A DNA stretch of 64,000 nucleotides, from positions 1 through 64,000 of the forward strand of contig JBKOZJ010000008.1 of assembly GCA_046725875.1 (NCBI GenBank). Reading direction: 5' to 3'. The first letter of the stretch is position 1, and every line of letters starts with the position of its first letter. Below, piece by piece: positions 20,331 to 31,015 of this stretch. The position numbers were made by a program, and so were the translations under genes. The DNA is from Actinomycetota bacterium. Lineage in GTDB: Bacteria; Actinomycetota; Actinomycetes; JAKEEW01. The notes beneath the pieces are model-generated. The model did not search any database. It was given only the letters and a program-made list of their open reading frames with translations, and had not been told where the DNA came from.

Positions 20331-22088
20331 TCAGTACAGCGTGATCGAGTACGGGAGCGCGAGCGGGCCGATGACCGGAAGGCCTAGTCTGGCGGCCAAA
20401 CCGGCATAGGAGCCCCAGCCGCCGGCCCACGCAGACGCTGCGGCCGCTCGCGGATCCTCTGATGATGTTGCCGGTCGCAGGCGTTGTAGCACCGGAATGT
20501 GCGGCCAGGGGCGCACCGGCGCGTCCGCGGGCAGTCCAGCCTTCTTCCGAGCTAGCCGGGCCGCATCGGCAAGACCGCCAAGCTCGTCCACCAGGCCATG
20601 CTCCGCCGCATCCGCGCCCGTCCAGACCCGGCCGCGGGCGACCTCGTGGACATGTTCCCTGGACAGGCCGCGGTGTTCGGCGACCTTGGCGGTGAAGTCC
20701 TCGTAAACCCGGTCGAGCCAGGCTTGAAGCCGATCCCATTGATCGTCGGTGAACTCCCGCCGAGCGGAGAACATCAGGGCGTGGTCGCCGGCGGCCACCT
20801 CCTCGTGCGTAAGACCGAGCTTGGCGACGAGTTCCCGGACGACGCCTTTCCCGGCGAGGACGCCGATCGAGCCGGTCAGCGTTCCTGGTTGGGCAACGAT
20901 CGTGTCGGCGGCCATCGAGACGAAGTAGCCACCGGAAGCGGCGAGCGTCCCCATGGAGACCACGACCGGCTTACCGGCCTGGCTCGCCAGCTCGACCTCG
21001 CGCCGAATCGTGTCCGACGCGACATACGAGCCGCCGGGCGAGTCGACCCGGAACAGGATCGCCCGCACGTTGTCGTTGCGCACCGCGGAACGGAAGGCTG
21101 CGGTAACGGTGTCCGCGCCCATCGCCGGGCCGGTCAGCGGACCGCGGCCGCTGCGACCGACCTTGATGCCCCCGGTCCCGTGGATGAGAGCGACCGCCGG
21201 CCTGCCCCGCTCGCTGATGCGGCGGGCCAGCCCCTGCCTACCGGACTTGGCATAACGGGACAGATAGCGCAGACCGGGCGGTCCGCCGCCGTCCGGTCTT
21301 GAGCGAACCTTTTCCCGGACAGCGCCGTACGCCTGGTCGCGGTAGCCGACATGGTCGACCAGTCCAGCTTCAAGTGCTTCGGTGGCGGTCAACGGGGCCC
21401 GGTCCACCAGCGCACGGACTGTATCCTCCGTCAGCCCGCGCGCACCGGCCACGCCGAATACGACCTGATCCGCGGCGGACTCGACCACTCGGGTTACCGC
21501 CTCCCGATGCGCGTCGGTGAAGCCGCGCTCGGTCAGGACGTTTGCGGCGTTCTTGTACTCGTAGCGCTGGCCGAACTGCGGCTCCACGCCGACCTTGTCG
21601 AGCGTCCCGCGGAGGAACGTCACCTCGGCCGCCACGCCGGTCAGGCCGACGTCGCCGGATTCCTGCAGCCAGATCTCATCGAACGCCGAGGCCAGGTAGT
21701 AGGGAACCGTCGCGGGCCCGAACTCGCCGAACGACTCTGCCCATGCAACCGTCGGCTTGCCGCCATTGCGGAAGACGCGAACCGCGTCGCGGATCTCCTG
21801 TGCCCAGGCAAGGCCGTGGCGCCACGGACCGATCTTGGCTACCAGCCCGCGCACTCCTGGGTCGTCGGCTGCCCGATGCAGGCGGTCAACCGCGTCCCGA
21901 AGGACAAGTCGGCGCCGACTCGTCGCCCTGGCCACTGCATCGTGCGCAACGTCCTCGACCAGTCCCTGGGTCAGGTCGAGTTCGAGCATCACCGCCCGCC
22001 TGCCGCCGCGGTCACCGGTGAGCCGCTCGAGGACTTCGGCCAGCCGGGTCAGGGGCTCCATGCGGTCGCCCTCGATTCTTGACGTCAT
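20331..22088 (-). CDS. sppA: Signal peptide peptidase SppA (two-domain type)
   Basis: YYLASAFDEI, EYKNA, FRVDSPGGS, SMG.LAASGGY, TLTGSIGV, GRVWTG. Confidence 0.92.
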   Translation of the reverse strand: MTSRIEGDRMEPLTRLAEVLERLTGDRGGRRAVMLELDLTQGLVEDVAHDAVARATSRRRLVLRDAVDRLHRAADDPGVRGLVAKIGPWRHGLAWAQEIRDAVRVFRNGGKPTVAWAESFGEFGPATVPYYLASAFDEIWLQESGDVGLTGVAAEVTFLRGTLDKVGVEPQFGQRYEYKNAANVLTERGFTDAHREAVTRVVESAADQVVFGVAGARGLTEDTVRALVDRAPLTATEALEAGLVDHVGYRDQAYGAVREKVRSRPDGGGPPGLRYLSRYAKSGRQGLARRISERGRPAVALIHGTGGIKVGRSGRGPLTGPAMGADTVTAAFRSAVRNDNVRAILFRVDSPGGSYVASDTIRREVELASQAGKPVVVSMGTLAASGGYFVSMAADTIVAQPGTLTGSIGVLAGKGVVRELVAKLGLTHEEVAAGDHALMFSARREFTDDQWDRLQAWLDRVYEDFTAKVAEHRGLSREHVHEVARGRVWTGADAAEHGLVDELGGLADAARLARKKAGLPADAPVRPWPHIPVLQRLRPATSSEDPRAAAASAWAGGWGSYAGLAARLGLPVIGPLALPYSITLY

Positions 22089-22226
22089 GCTCGCGGTCCT
22101 CCGGCGTCGGGAACGGGCACTCCAAGCCGACCCTACTTCCGGCCAGTGGCAGCACCCCAAGGAGGCGTCAGCCTTGGAGACTCCACGTGACACTCGGGCA
22201 GTTCGCCCTCCAGCCGACTGACTCCC

Positions 22227-24311
22227 TCAGTCGACGGCGGCCGGGAGCCGAGCCCCGAGGGAGGCGGCCAAGGTATGTGGGTCGTTCGTTGGCGCGTCGC
22301 AAACGAAATGCCGGCAGACGTAGGCCGCCGGCGAGCCATCCAGCATGGGCCGATCCTGGACCAGCGGTACGTCTGTCCGGTCCGCCGGATCGGCCACCGC
22401 GATCACAGCGCCCGGGGCGGTGCCGAGGAAGGCCACCCGCTTGAGCGCAGCGGTGCGCGGATCGTCGAGCGGACCTACAACCGCGACCTCGCGCGGACCG
22501 TCCGCCAGGGCTTCGGCGACGGCCAGGCCCCAACCGACGAAGCGTGGTGCCCGCGCCGCCAGAACGGTGGTGGGTCTGAGCGCCTGAAGCGCGGCTTCCC
22601 GATGGTCCGCCGAGCCTGTGTATGACGCGTATCCGAGCAGCGCACCAGCCGCCGCCGACCGGCCAGCGGGGGTCGCGTTGTCGGTCGGGTCCTGTGGGCG
22701 GCGCACCAAGCGTTCGGCATCGCGGGCCGTGTCGAAGAACTCGCCCTGCTCGTCGCGGAAGAACGCGAGGACGGTGTCCAGCAGCACACCGGCCCGAGAC
22801 AGCCACGAGCCGGCGCCGGTCACCGCGTACAGACTCAGGAAGCCGTCGGCGACGTTGGCGTAATCCTCGAGGACACCTGCTGAGGGCCCGGCCCGGCCGT
22901 CTCTCGAGGTCCGGACCAGCCGGATCGGCGGCGCGGGCCCCGGCGGGCGACCTCCTTCTCCAATGTCCGACGTCGTGCCCTGCCCCATGTCCCGCATATG
23001 GACGGACACCAGGAGGTCGGCGGTGGCCAGCGCTGCCTCGATGTAATCACGCCGGTCCAGCAGTTCGCCGGCCTCAGCCAACGCGGCGATGGCCAGCCCG
23101 TTCCACGCCGCGACGACCTTGTCGTCGCGCGCAGGTCTGACCCGTTCCTCCCGGGCGGCGAGAAGCGCTGCCCGGATGCGTGCGTGCCGGGCGGGGTCCG
23201 GCTCCGCACGAAGCTGGAGCACGGACGTGCCGTGTTCGAAGGTCCCGGCGTCGGTGACCCCGTAGACCCCGCTCGCCCAGTCGGCGTCGGCGTCGTCCAA
23301 AATCGCACGCAGCTCGGCCGGTGTCCAGATGTAGAACTTGCCCTCCACCCCCTCGCTGTCCGCATCCAGCGCCGACGCGAACCCGCCATCGCGGGTGCGC
23401 AGGTCACGAAGCATCCAGCCGGCGGTCTCGGTCGCGACCCGACGCGCCAGCTCACTTCCGGTAATGCGCCAGAGGTGAAGGTAGACACGCAGCAGGAGCG
23501 CGTTGTCGTACAACATCTTCTCGAAATGCGGAACCGTCCAGGTCGCGTCGACGCTGTAGCGGGCGAAGCCGCCGGCCAGCTGGTCGTACATACCGCCCCG
23601 GGCCATCGCCTCGCAAGTCTGGGCCACCATCCCCAGCGCCTGCTCGTCGCCGGTGCGGGCGTAGTGCCGCAGGAGGAACTCGAGCGTCATCGAGGGCGGG
23701 AACTTCGGCGCAGTACCGAAGCCTCCGTTACGCGGGTCGAAGTCGCTGGCCAGACCGGACACGGCTGCGGTGAGCTCATCCTCCCCGGGGGGCTTGGTGC
23801 CAGCGAACGATGGCAGGCGCTGCCCGAGTTGACGGACTACATCGGCCCCGATTCGATCGATCTCCTCGCGCTGGTCCCGCCAAGCACCCGCGAGTGCGGT
23901 GAGCACCTGCTGGAAGCTCGGCATCCCGAACCGCGGCGTCGGCGGGAAGTAGGTGCCGCAATAGAACGGCCGGCCATCGGGCGTCATGAAGATGGTCATC
24001 GGCCATCCGCCCTGGCCAGTCATGGCCTGGGTGGCTTCCATATACACCGTGTCGATGTCGGGCCGTTCCTCCCGGTCGACCTTGATGTTGACGAAGTTCT
24101 CGTTCATCAGCCGAGCGATCTGCTCGTCTTCGAACGACTCATGGGCCATTACATGGCACCAGTGACACGCCGCATACCCGACGGACAGGAGCACCGGGAC
24201 GTCCCGACGGCGGGCCTCGGCGAACGCCTCGTCCGACCACGGCCACCAGTCGACCGGATTGTCGGCATGCTGGAGGAGGTACGGACTCGTCGCGCCCTTG
24301 AGCCGGTTCAT
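22227..24311 (-). CDS. Thioredoxin domain-containing protein (YyaL/SSP411 family)
   Basis: NRL...[45 protein letters not shown]. Confidence 0.94.
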   Translation of the reverse strand: MNRLKGATSPYLLQHADNPVDWWPWSDEAFAEARRRDVPVLLSVGYAACHWCHVMAHESFEDEQIARLMNENFVNIKVDREERPDIDTVYMEATQAMTGQGGWPMTIFMTPDGRPFYCGTYFPPTPRFGMPSFQQVLTALAGAWRDQREEIDRIGADVVRQLGQRLPSFAGTKPPGEDELTAAVSGLASDFDPRNGGFGTAPKFPPSMTLEFLLRHYARTGDEQALGMVAQTCEAMARGGMYDQLAGGFARYSVDATWTVPHFEKMLYDNALLLRVYLHLWRITGSELARRVATETAGWMLRDLRTRDGGFASALDADSEGVEGKFYIWTPAELRAILDDADADWASGVYGVTDAGTFEHGTSVLQLRAEPDPARHARIRAALLAAREERVRPARDDKVVAAWNGLAIAALAEAGELLDRRDYIEAALATADLLVSVHMRDMGQGTTSDIGEGGRPPGPAPPIRLVRTSRDGRAGPSAGVLEDYANVADGFLSLYAVTGAGSWLSRAGVLLDTVLAFFRDEQGEFFDTARDAERLVRRPQDPTDNATPAGRSAAAGALLGYASYTGSADHREAALQALRPTTVLAARAPRFVGWGLAVAEALADGPREVAVVGPLDDPRTAALKRVAFLGTAPGAVIAVADPADRTDVPLVQDRPMLDGSPAAYVCRHFVCDAPTNDPHTLAASLGARLPAAVD

Positions 24312-24450
24312 CCCGCCACCCGTCCCCGCACCACGCCACCCTATGCGTCGCTTTTATGCCAAGTAGCGGTCGGGTGACGCCCGATTTGTCCGATCTGAGC
24401 CTGGTCTGTGGCGTATCGCAGCGCTACCGGGCATAAAGCACGTCGCCCGA

Positions 24451-24663
24451 TCAACGCTCCGTTGGCTTGTCCTCGCCGCGCTCGTCGAGGGACCGGGCGG
24501 TGTGCTCCTCGTCAAAGTCGATCTTCTTCAGTTGTTTGTTCATCGACCTGATGAGGAACCACGTTGCCACCCCAAGCGCGGCCACGACGAGAAAGCCGAG
24601 CAGGCCGGGGGCAACTTTGTCCTCGTCAACCGCGAGCACCGACAACGCCGTCAACGAACTCAT
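24451..24663 (-). CDS. Small single-pass membrane protein
   Basis: V.PGLLGFLVV..L...TWFLIRSMNKQLKK, typical of the gene downstream of mca. Confidence 0.8.
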   Translation of the reverse strand: MSSLTALSVLAVDEDKVAPGLLGFLVVAALGVATWFLIRSMNKQLKKIDFDEEHTARSLDERGEDKPTER

Positions 24664-24857
24664 GCCGACCATCGTCCACCGTGACCCGGCGGCCCACCCG
24701 CGCGGGGGTCCGCCGCCTGTCCGCATCGTCATGATTCACGCGCCGCCCGACCGCCACCGCCGGCCGCGCCGGGCGGGCATCGCGTCCGGCACCGGGTACC
24801 CGCGGCTCGCCCGCCAGGTCACATCCCCAGGGCGGTCGGCAGCGGCCCTCCGCCGGA

Positions 24858-25730
24858 TCAGCAGCGGGCGGCGGTGCGGATGCCGGCGAAGAGGTCGTCC
24901 TCCGGGACCGCCGTATCGACCAGGGAGCGAGCAAGCTCGAAATCCTCGGTCGGCCATACCTCGGCTTGCAGGTCGAGGGGTACCTGGAACCAAGAGCCAT
25001 CCGGGTCCACCTGGGTAGCGTGCGCACGCAGGGCCTCGTCCCGCACTGGGAAATAGTCGGCGCACGCGACGCGAGTGGTCAGCGGCCCCTCCTCCCACTC
25101 GTCCGATGGCTCGAGCCACTCGGCGTAGGGGGACTCGAGACCGCGGGCGATCAGCGCCTCGTGCAGGGCAAAGATGCGGGCCCGGGAGAAGCTCCGGTTG
25201 TAGTAGAGCTTGAGCGGCTGCCACTGCTCGCCGGCATCGGCGTACCGCTCCGGGTCCCCGGCCGCCTCGAAGGCAGCGACCGCGATCTTGTGGGTCATAA
25301 CGTGGTCGGGATGCGGGTACCCCCCATTTTCGTCATACGTGGTCATGACGTGCGGGCGGAATTCGCGGATCAGCCGTACCAACGGCTCGGCGGCCACCTC
25401 GACCGGCAACGTGGCGAAACACCCCTCGGGCAGCGGCGGCGGTGGGTCGCCCTCCGGGAAGCCTGAGTCGACGAAGCCAAGCCACGCCTGGCGCACGCCG
25501 AGTATCTCCCGGGCGGCGCCCATCTCCTGCCGTCTGACCTCGGTGATGTTCTCTCGAATCCAATCGTCGTGCGCCAGCCTTGGGTTGAGGATGGAGCCCC
25601 GCTCGCCCCCGGTGCACGTCGCCACGAGCACCCCGACGCCCTCGTCGACATAACGCGCCATCGTCGCGGCCCCCTTGCTGGACTCGTCGTCGGGGTGCGC
25701 ATGAACAGCCATCAGTCGCAGCGCGCTCAC
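24858..25730 (-). CDS. mca: Mycothiol conjugate amidase
   Basis: [42 protein letters not shown]. Confidence 0.95.
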   Translation of the reverse strand: MSALRLMAVHAHPDDESSKGAATMARYVDEGVGVLVATCTGGERGSILNPRLAHDDWIRENITEVRRQEMGAAREILGVRQAWLGFVDSGFPEGDPPPPLPEGCFATLPVEVAAEPLVRLIREFRPHVMTTYDENGGYPHPDHVMTHKIAVAAFEAAGDPERYADAGEQWQPLKLYYNRSFSRARIFALHEALIARGLESPYAEWLEPSDEWEEGPLTTRVACADYFPVRDEALRAHATQVDPDGSWFQVPLDLQAEVWPTEDFELARSLVDTAVPEDDLFAGIRTAARC

Positions 25731-25974
25731 GTGATCTCCCTCACACCTTCTCCGCGATGAGTCCCGCCGCTCCCACGACCGGCCGGCGGGAGCGCAGCAG
25801 TGCCCGGCGACAATAATCACCCATGGCACCAACGGTTTGCAGAACCACTGGCAGTGCAGGGCAAAGCGACACTGGACCCGAGGGGTGACCAACATCAACA
25901 AGCGTCCGCGGGGAGCCGCAGCGACAGCCGAGGATCGTGCCCGAATTGTGGCGATCGCGCGGCACGGCGTGCGG

Positions 25975-26334
25975 ATGACCCCACGCGGGCGACTCATTAC
26001 GATCATCTGCGTAGCATTGGTGTCTGCGGCGGCCCTCGCCGCGCTGTTTTGGATCGCTCTCTACCACGCGAACCCGGCCGTCAGGGGAACCTTGCTCGGA
26101 TATGAAGTGACAAGCGACCGAGCCGTTGAGGTACGATTCGAGGTCTGGCGCAAACAGGGCGTAACCGCTCAGTGTGTTGTTCGCGCCCGAAACGCCGAAG
26201 GTGTCGAGGTGGGCAGCCGAGTGATCACAATACCCGCGGGCGAGCACCGAGTCGAAGAGACCGTGGTGCTAGAGACCCGATCGCGGGCGATCACCGGCGA
26301 ACTCAAGGACTGTCGCGAGGCAGCCGCCGGCTGA
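25975..26334 (+). CDS. DUF4307-family membrane protein
   Basis: TM, then C.VRA...G.EVG; usual position between mca and greA. Confidence 0.8.
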   Translation: MTPRGRLITIICVALVSAAALAALFWIALYHANPAVRGTLLGYEVTSDRAVEVRFEVWRKQGVTAQCVVRARNAEGVEVGSRVITIPAGEHRVEETVVLETRSRAITGELKDCREAAAG

Positions 26335-26450
26335 GCCCAGACCGGGCTGAGTCGGCGCCTGATCGGCGAGGTTCAGCATCGGTGTTTCGTCCGAGCCCAA
26401 TGTGGCGAATTAAGGACCTATCCATCCCGTAGACCGACCAAGGAGCGTCT

Positions 26451-26942
26451 GTGGCCACGACTAGTGACAATGTCACCTGGCTTACCCAGGAGGCCTACGA
26501 CCGGCTCAAGGAAGAGCTCGACTATCTGACCGGTCCCGGCCGGGCCGAGACGGCCCGGCGGATCGAATCTGCCCGGGACGAGGGCGATCTGCGGGAGAAT
26601 GGCGGCTATCACGCGGCCAAGGAGGAGCAGGGCAAGCAGGAGGCGCGTATCCGCCACCTCCAGATCCTGCTGGAAAACGCCCGGGTCGGCGAGGCCGCAG
26701 CGCCGGCGGGGGTGGCCGCGCCCGGAATGGTCATCACCGTGCGCTTTCCCGACGACGATGAGCTGAGCTTCCTGCTCGGTTCTCGAGAGGTGGCAGCCAG
26801 CGACATCGAGGTCTACTCCGAGCGGTCGCCGCTCGGATCCGCGATCAACGGCCGCAAGATCGGCGAAGTGGCGTCTTATAGCTTGCCGAACGGCCGTCAG
26901 ATGCAGGTCGAGATCGTCGACGCCCAGCCCTACACCGGCTGA
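26451..26942 (+). CDS. greA: Transcription elongation factor GreA
   Basis: WLT.EAY..L..EL, AR.EGDLRENGGYHAAKEEQ, SPLG. Confidence 0.97.
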   Translation: MATTSDNVTWLTQEAYDRLKEELDYLTGPGRAETARRIESARDEGDLRENGGYHAAKEEQGKQEARIRHLQILLENARVGEAAAPAGVAAPGMVITVRFPDDDELSFLLGSREVAASDIEVYSERSPLGSAINGRKIGEVASYSLPNGRQMQVEIVDAQPYTG

Positions 26943-26952
26943 TTCCAGAGCT

Positions 26953-27000
26953 CGTACGCAAGCGACCCCGGGCGACGCCGCCTGGGGTCGCCTGCGTACG
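26953..27000. terminator. Long hairpin between convergent greA and ilvA
   Basis: CGTACGCA-A-GCGACCCCGGGCG acgc CGCCTGGGGTCGC-C-TGCGTACG. Confidence 0.75.
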
Positions 27001-27023
27001 GGGAAACACGCTGCTTAGCCGCG

Positions 27024-28244
27024 TCAGGAAAAAAGGAGGGTGTATCCCACAGCCCGGAGCCGGCCGAGCACCTCGTCGCAGTGGGCCGGCCCACGCGTCT
27101 CGATCTGGATTGCCACCTCGACCTCGTCGAGGTGCAGCTTCGGGTTTGTCCTAAGGTGCTCGATCTCCAGGATGTTCGCATCCGCGGCGGCAAGCTCCGA
27201 GAGCAGCCGGGCCAGTGCACCGGGCCGATCGGGAATGCGCAGCCGGAAGGACAGATAGCGGCCGGCCGCGGCCATTCCGTGCCGCAGCACCCGCAGCAGA
27301 AGCAGCGGATCGATGTTTCCCCCCGACAGCACCACCGCGACCGGCGGCTCGAACGCGTGCGGCTCGTCGAGCACGGCCGCCATGCCAGCCGCGCCAGCCG
27401 GCTCAACCACGAGCTTCGCCCGCTCCAGGCAAAGCAGCAGGGCCCGGGACAGCGACTCCTCGGAGACCGTCAGCATGTCGTCGACGTGCTCGTGCACGAG
27501 CGCGAAGGGCACCAGACCGGGCCTGGCCACCGCTATGCCGTCGGCGAGCGTGGCAACGCTCGACAGCGACACCGGGTGCCCGGCGGCAAGCGAGCCTGGA
27601 TAGGCGGCCGCCTTCTCGGCCTGCACGCCGACGACCCTGATGTTCGGGTCCTGGCCCTTGACGGCGACCGCGACACCGGCGAGCAGGCCGCCGCCGCCGC
27701 ATGGCACGACGACGGTGCGAGGCTGCGGGCATTGGTCGAGGATCTCGAGTCCGACCGTACCCTGGCCGGCGACGATGTCCGGGTGGTCGAAGGGGTGGAT
27801 GAAGACCGCCCCAGTCGACTCCGCGAACTCCTGGGCCGCGGTTAGGGCCTCGTCCACATAATGGCCATGAAAGCGCACGTCTGACCCGTATGCCTGGGTA
27901 GCCGCAACCTTCGGCAGCGGCGCGCCGATGGGCATGAAGACAGTGGACTTGGTCCCTACCAGGCTGGCGGCAAGCGCGACGCCCTGGGCATGGTTGCCGG
28001 CGCTCGCGGCCACCACGCCTCGGGCCCGTTCATCCTCGCTGAGCTTCGACAGCCGTACATATGCACCACGGATCTTGAAGGAGCCGGCCCGTTGCAGGTT
28101 CTCGCACTTCAGGTGTACGGGACCGCCGACCCGGTCAGAGAGCAAGCGCGAGCCTTCCAATGGGGTGACCCGGCTGACGCCGCCGAGCAGCTTCTCGGCG
28201 GCTTGCACGTCGGCTAGCGACACCGAGCCTGTCGCCGTTGACAT
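27024..28244 (-). CDS. ilvA: Threonine ammonia-lyase with C-terminal ACT domain
   Basis: LKCENLQRAGSFKIRGA, SAGNHAQG, GGGGL, LSGGNID, DRPGAL. Confidence 0.95.
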   Translation of the reverse strand: MSTATGSVSLADVQAAEKLLGGVSRVTPLEGSRLLSDRVGGPVHLKCENLQRAGSFKIRGAYVRLSKLSEDERARGVVAASAGNHAQGVALAASLVGTKSTVFMPIGAPLPKVAATQAYGSDVRFHGHYVDEALTAAQEFAESTGAVFIHPFDHPDIVAGQGTVGLEILDQCPQPRTVVVPCGGGGLLAGVAVAVKGQDPNIRVVGVQAEKAAAYPGSLAAGHPVSLSSVATLADGIAVARPGLVPFALVHEHVDDMLTVSEESLSRALLLCLERAKLVVEPAGAAGMAAVLDEPHAFEPPVAVVLSGGNIDPLLLLRVLRHGMAAAGRYLSFRLRIPDRPGALARLLSELAAADANILEIEHLRTNPKLHLDEVEVAIQIETRGPAHCDEVLGRLRAVGYTLLFS

Positions 28245-28328
28245 GCCCCAAGTGTGCACCAAATGGACCTTGGGCGGGCGCCCGTCCCTAATCGACGCCC
28301 CTTTACCGAGGGGCACGCGCTCACGGCT

Positions 28329-29276
28329 TCAGTCCGCGTTCCAGTAGCGGTCGCCGGCGAAGACCAGCGCTGCGGCGCCCACCAGCCCTGCATCCTGGCC
28401 GAGCGCGGCCGGCACCACCCGCACCCGGCGGGCGAACTCCATCCGGGCGTGCGCGCGGAACGCCTCCTCCAGCGGATCGAAGAGGAGCGGCCCGGCTTGG
28501 GACAGGCCGCCGCCGATCGCCACAACATCGAGATCGAGCAAATGTGTCGCCGATGCGACCGCGACACCGAGCGCGCGACCCCCACGGTCCATCGCGGCCT
28601 TGGCGATTGGATGACCACGAGCGGCGTCACCGGCGAGCTCCCGGGCGGACGCACCGTGCGGGGATCGCCAGCCGCGCGCCACGGCCCAGGCGGCGAGGCG
28701 TGGGCCGCTCGCTACCGCTTCCAAGCAACCGCGCCCACCGCAGACGCACGGCGGGCCGGCTGGATCGACGACGATGTGACCGACGTGCCCACCGTTGCCA
28801 CTGGCGCCGTCGATAAGTCGGCCGCCGAGAACGAGCCCGCCACCGATGCCGGTTGAAACGACCATGCCGAGAATGTTTGCCGTGCCGCGTCCGGCCCCCC
28901 GCCAGTGCTCTCCAACGGCCATGCAGACTGCGTCATTGTGAAGGCGAACTGGAACGTCTGGGTAACGTTCCTGCAGCCGATGGCGCAATGGGAAGTCTCG
29001 CCAGGCAGGGATATTCAGCGGCGACACCTCACCAGTCGGCCACCGCATGGGACCACCACAGCCCGCGCCTACCCCGGCAAGCTCACGCTCCGCGAGCCCG
29101 TCAGAAAAGCGATCGAGTAGGGCCAGGACGGTCCGCCACAGCCCGTCAGCCCCAGCCGCGTCCCCAGCCGGGGTATCTACCCGAGCGACCAAAACGAGCC
29201 GCCCACCCGGGTCGACCACGCCTGCAGCAACTTTGGTACCCCCGACGTCGAGCACGAGCGCGGCAGTTTCGGCCAT
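28329..29276 (-). CDS. ROK family sugar kinase
   Basis: LDVGGTK, NDA, STGIGGG, GH..C.CG.RGCLE. Confidence 0.92.
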   Translation of the reverse strand: MAETAALVLDVGGTKVAAGVVDPGGRLVLVARVDTPAGDAAGADGLWRTVLALLDRFSDGLAERELAGVGAGCGGPMRWPTGEVSPLNIPAWRDFPLRHRLQERYPDVPVRLHNDAVCMAVGEHWRGAGRGTANILGMVVSTGIGGGLVLGGRLIDGASGNGGHVGHIVVDPAGPPCVCGGRGCLEAVASGPRLAAWAVARGWRSPHGASARELAGDAARGHPIAKAAMDRGGRALGVAVASATHLLDLDVVAIGGGLSQAGPLLFDPLEEAFRAHARMEFARRVRVVPAALGQDAGLVGAAALVFAGDRYWNAD

Positions 29277-29421
29277 CGCCACCTCTCCAACTCGGAGATC
29301 CGCGCCTGACTCGCGCCGCCGGCGGGCATGAGCGCGCCGGCCCTCAGTGCCGCCTATCGTGCCAGCCCACTACCCGGCACTGCGAAGGAGCTGGGTTAGA
29401 GCGGGGTGCGTACCGGAGACC

Positions 29422-30660
29422 CTAGGAAATGCCCTGATCACCGACTGCGGCAGCGGCGCCCGCCGGCGGCCGGTTGCGCGCCGCACGCGCATCCTTGACC
29501 CCGAAGGCGAGGATCGACGCGGTGAAGCCGTGCACGTGATTGGCGCCGGCCACCGGTCCGATCTCGCCGGCGGCGAAGAATCCGGCGACGCCGTGCGTGC
29601 CCAGCCCCGTCCGAACCGCCAGGATGTCGTGGTCGGCCGACGGGAAAGTGGCCGCCCCCCGCCCGTTGCAGGAGAAGAGCAGCGCGCCGTCGACCCTGGC
29701 CAGCCCGCTGCGGCCGGTGAAGCCGGCGAGCGTGTCGGCAAGGTCGAGCTGCGCGGATCTGGCATCCCGCAGCTGCAAGCCGACCGTCCGTCCGACCTCC
29801 ACCACGTCGCCGACCAAGATCGCGCCGCTGTCCCGGTCGGCGCCGACCAGACCGCGGACCAGGAAGTCGCCCTGCTCGTGCCGCTCGCTGTACTCGTCCA
29901 TGGCGATGCCAAACTGCAGCCCGTTGGCAGCGAGCCGTTGCTCCTCGTACGAGAGCGCCGAGATGATCTCCTCGAGCTTCGGGAGCGCCGGTGTTCCCGC
30001 CAGCTCGTAGATTATGTTTCCTTCGGACCTGGTCACGGTCATGGCGGGCCCGATCGGGCGGCATCCCTGGCTAACCGCCGCCCGCCAGCCGAACGAACCG
30101 CGCAGCATCACCCCGATTGCGCCGCGTTCCTTCACCTCCCGACCGAGGCCGAGGAACGCCGGATTGTCGCCGGACCGAGCGGCCAAACCGCCGACGAACG
30201 GGAACCCTGGGAGGACCTTGTTCGTGTGCTCGACGAAGGCGGCGATCGGGAAGGAGTGTGCGTCGGCCAGGATGACTGCCAGCTGGTGGAAGGCAGTCAC
30301 CTCCGGCAGTCCCACCACACGAACCCCTTGATCGGACCGCCTGATGTCGAGGTGGAATCCCTCCACGCGAGCCTTCGGAATCTTGCCGGCCCAGACGCTC
30401 ACCGCCGGAACGCTCTCGACCCCCTGGCCACCACCGAGCACGCCCTGCGCCGTACAGGCGAGCAGGGCGCCCGGCTGGGTCAGGTCATGGACGCGCGTGA
30501 TCGCCTCGGCAAAACGTTCGCGATCGTCGGTGCAGGCGAAGACGCAGACCAGCTCCGGATGCCGCCGGCCGGCAAGCCTGCCGACCGCCTGGCGCGCGGC
30601 AGCCTCTGCGGCACGCACCGGGTCGTCGTCTAGGGACAGCCCATCCCCGATCGTCGCCAT
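29422..30660 (-). CDS. FIST signal transduction domain protein
   Basis: GGLA, VSQGCRPIG, FLVR, LLFSCNGRG, GFFAAGEIGP, HGFTAS. Confidence 0.92.
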   Translation of the reverse strand: MATIGDGLSLDDDPVRAAEAAARQAVGRLAGRRHPELVCVFACTDDRERFAEAITRVHDLTQPGALLACTAQGVLGGGQGVESVPAVSVWAGKIPKARVEGFHLDIRRSDQGVRVVGLPEVTAFHQLAVILADAHSFPIAAFVEHTNKVLPGFPFVGGLAARSGDNPAFLGLGREVKERGAIGVMLRGSFGWRAAVSQGCRPIGPAMTVTRSEGNIIYELAGTPALPKLEEIISALSYEEQRLAANGLQFGIAMDEYSERHEQGDFLVRGLVGADRDSGAILVGDVVEVGRTVGLQLRDARSAQLDLADTLAGFTGRSGLARVDGALLFSCNGRGAATFPSADHDILAVRTGLGTHGVAGFFAAGEIGPVAGANHVHGFTASILAFGVKDARAARNRPPAGAAAAVGDQGIS

Positions 30661-30779
30661 GCCGCCATCCTGCCCCACTCCACATTGGGCGAACAGGCTG
30701 ATCAGTTAGCGGCTCCTGGATGCCGCTCGACCCGCGGCGCAGACTTCGTCGGACCTGAGGGCGAGGAGAGTAAACGAAG

Positions 30780-30817
30780 AGCCCGTGCGGAGTAGGGCCG
30801 CAACCTCCGCACGGGCT
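30780..30817 (-). terminator. Probable intrinsic terminator downstream of the htrA-family gene
   Basis: 13-bp perfect stem AGCCCGTGCGGAG/CTCCGCACGGGCT followed by a pyrimidine-rich tail on the minus strand. Confidence 0.65.
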
Positions 30818-31015
30818 TCGTGTGCACCGAGCCGGCCGCGCAGTGGCGTAGATCGGGAGGAAAGCAAGTCCGCCACCGTCCGGCTGTTGGCTCGGCGCCC
30901 GCTCCTCGGCTGCCATCGGCGGGGGGGTTGCCGGGAGCGAGCTGGTCCGGGCGGCCCGAGGTGTTCCGGAGCCACGAGCCGACGCACCTACGGTTTGCCG
31001 CCCGGCGGTATGGAG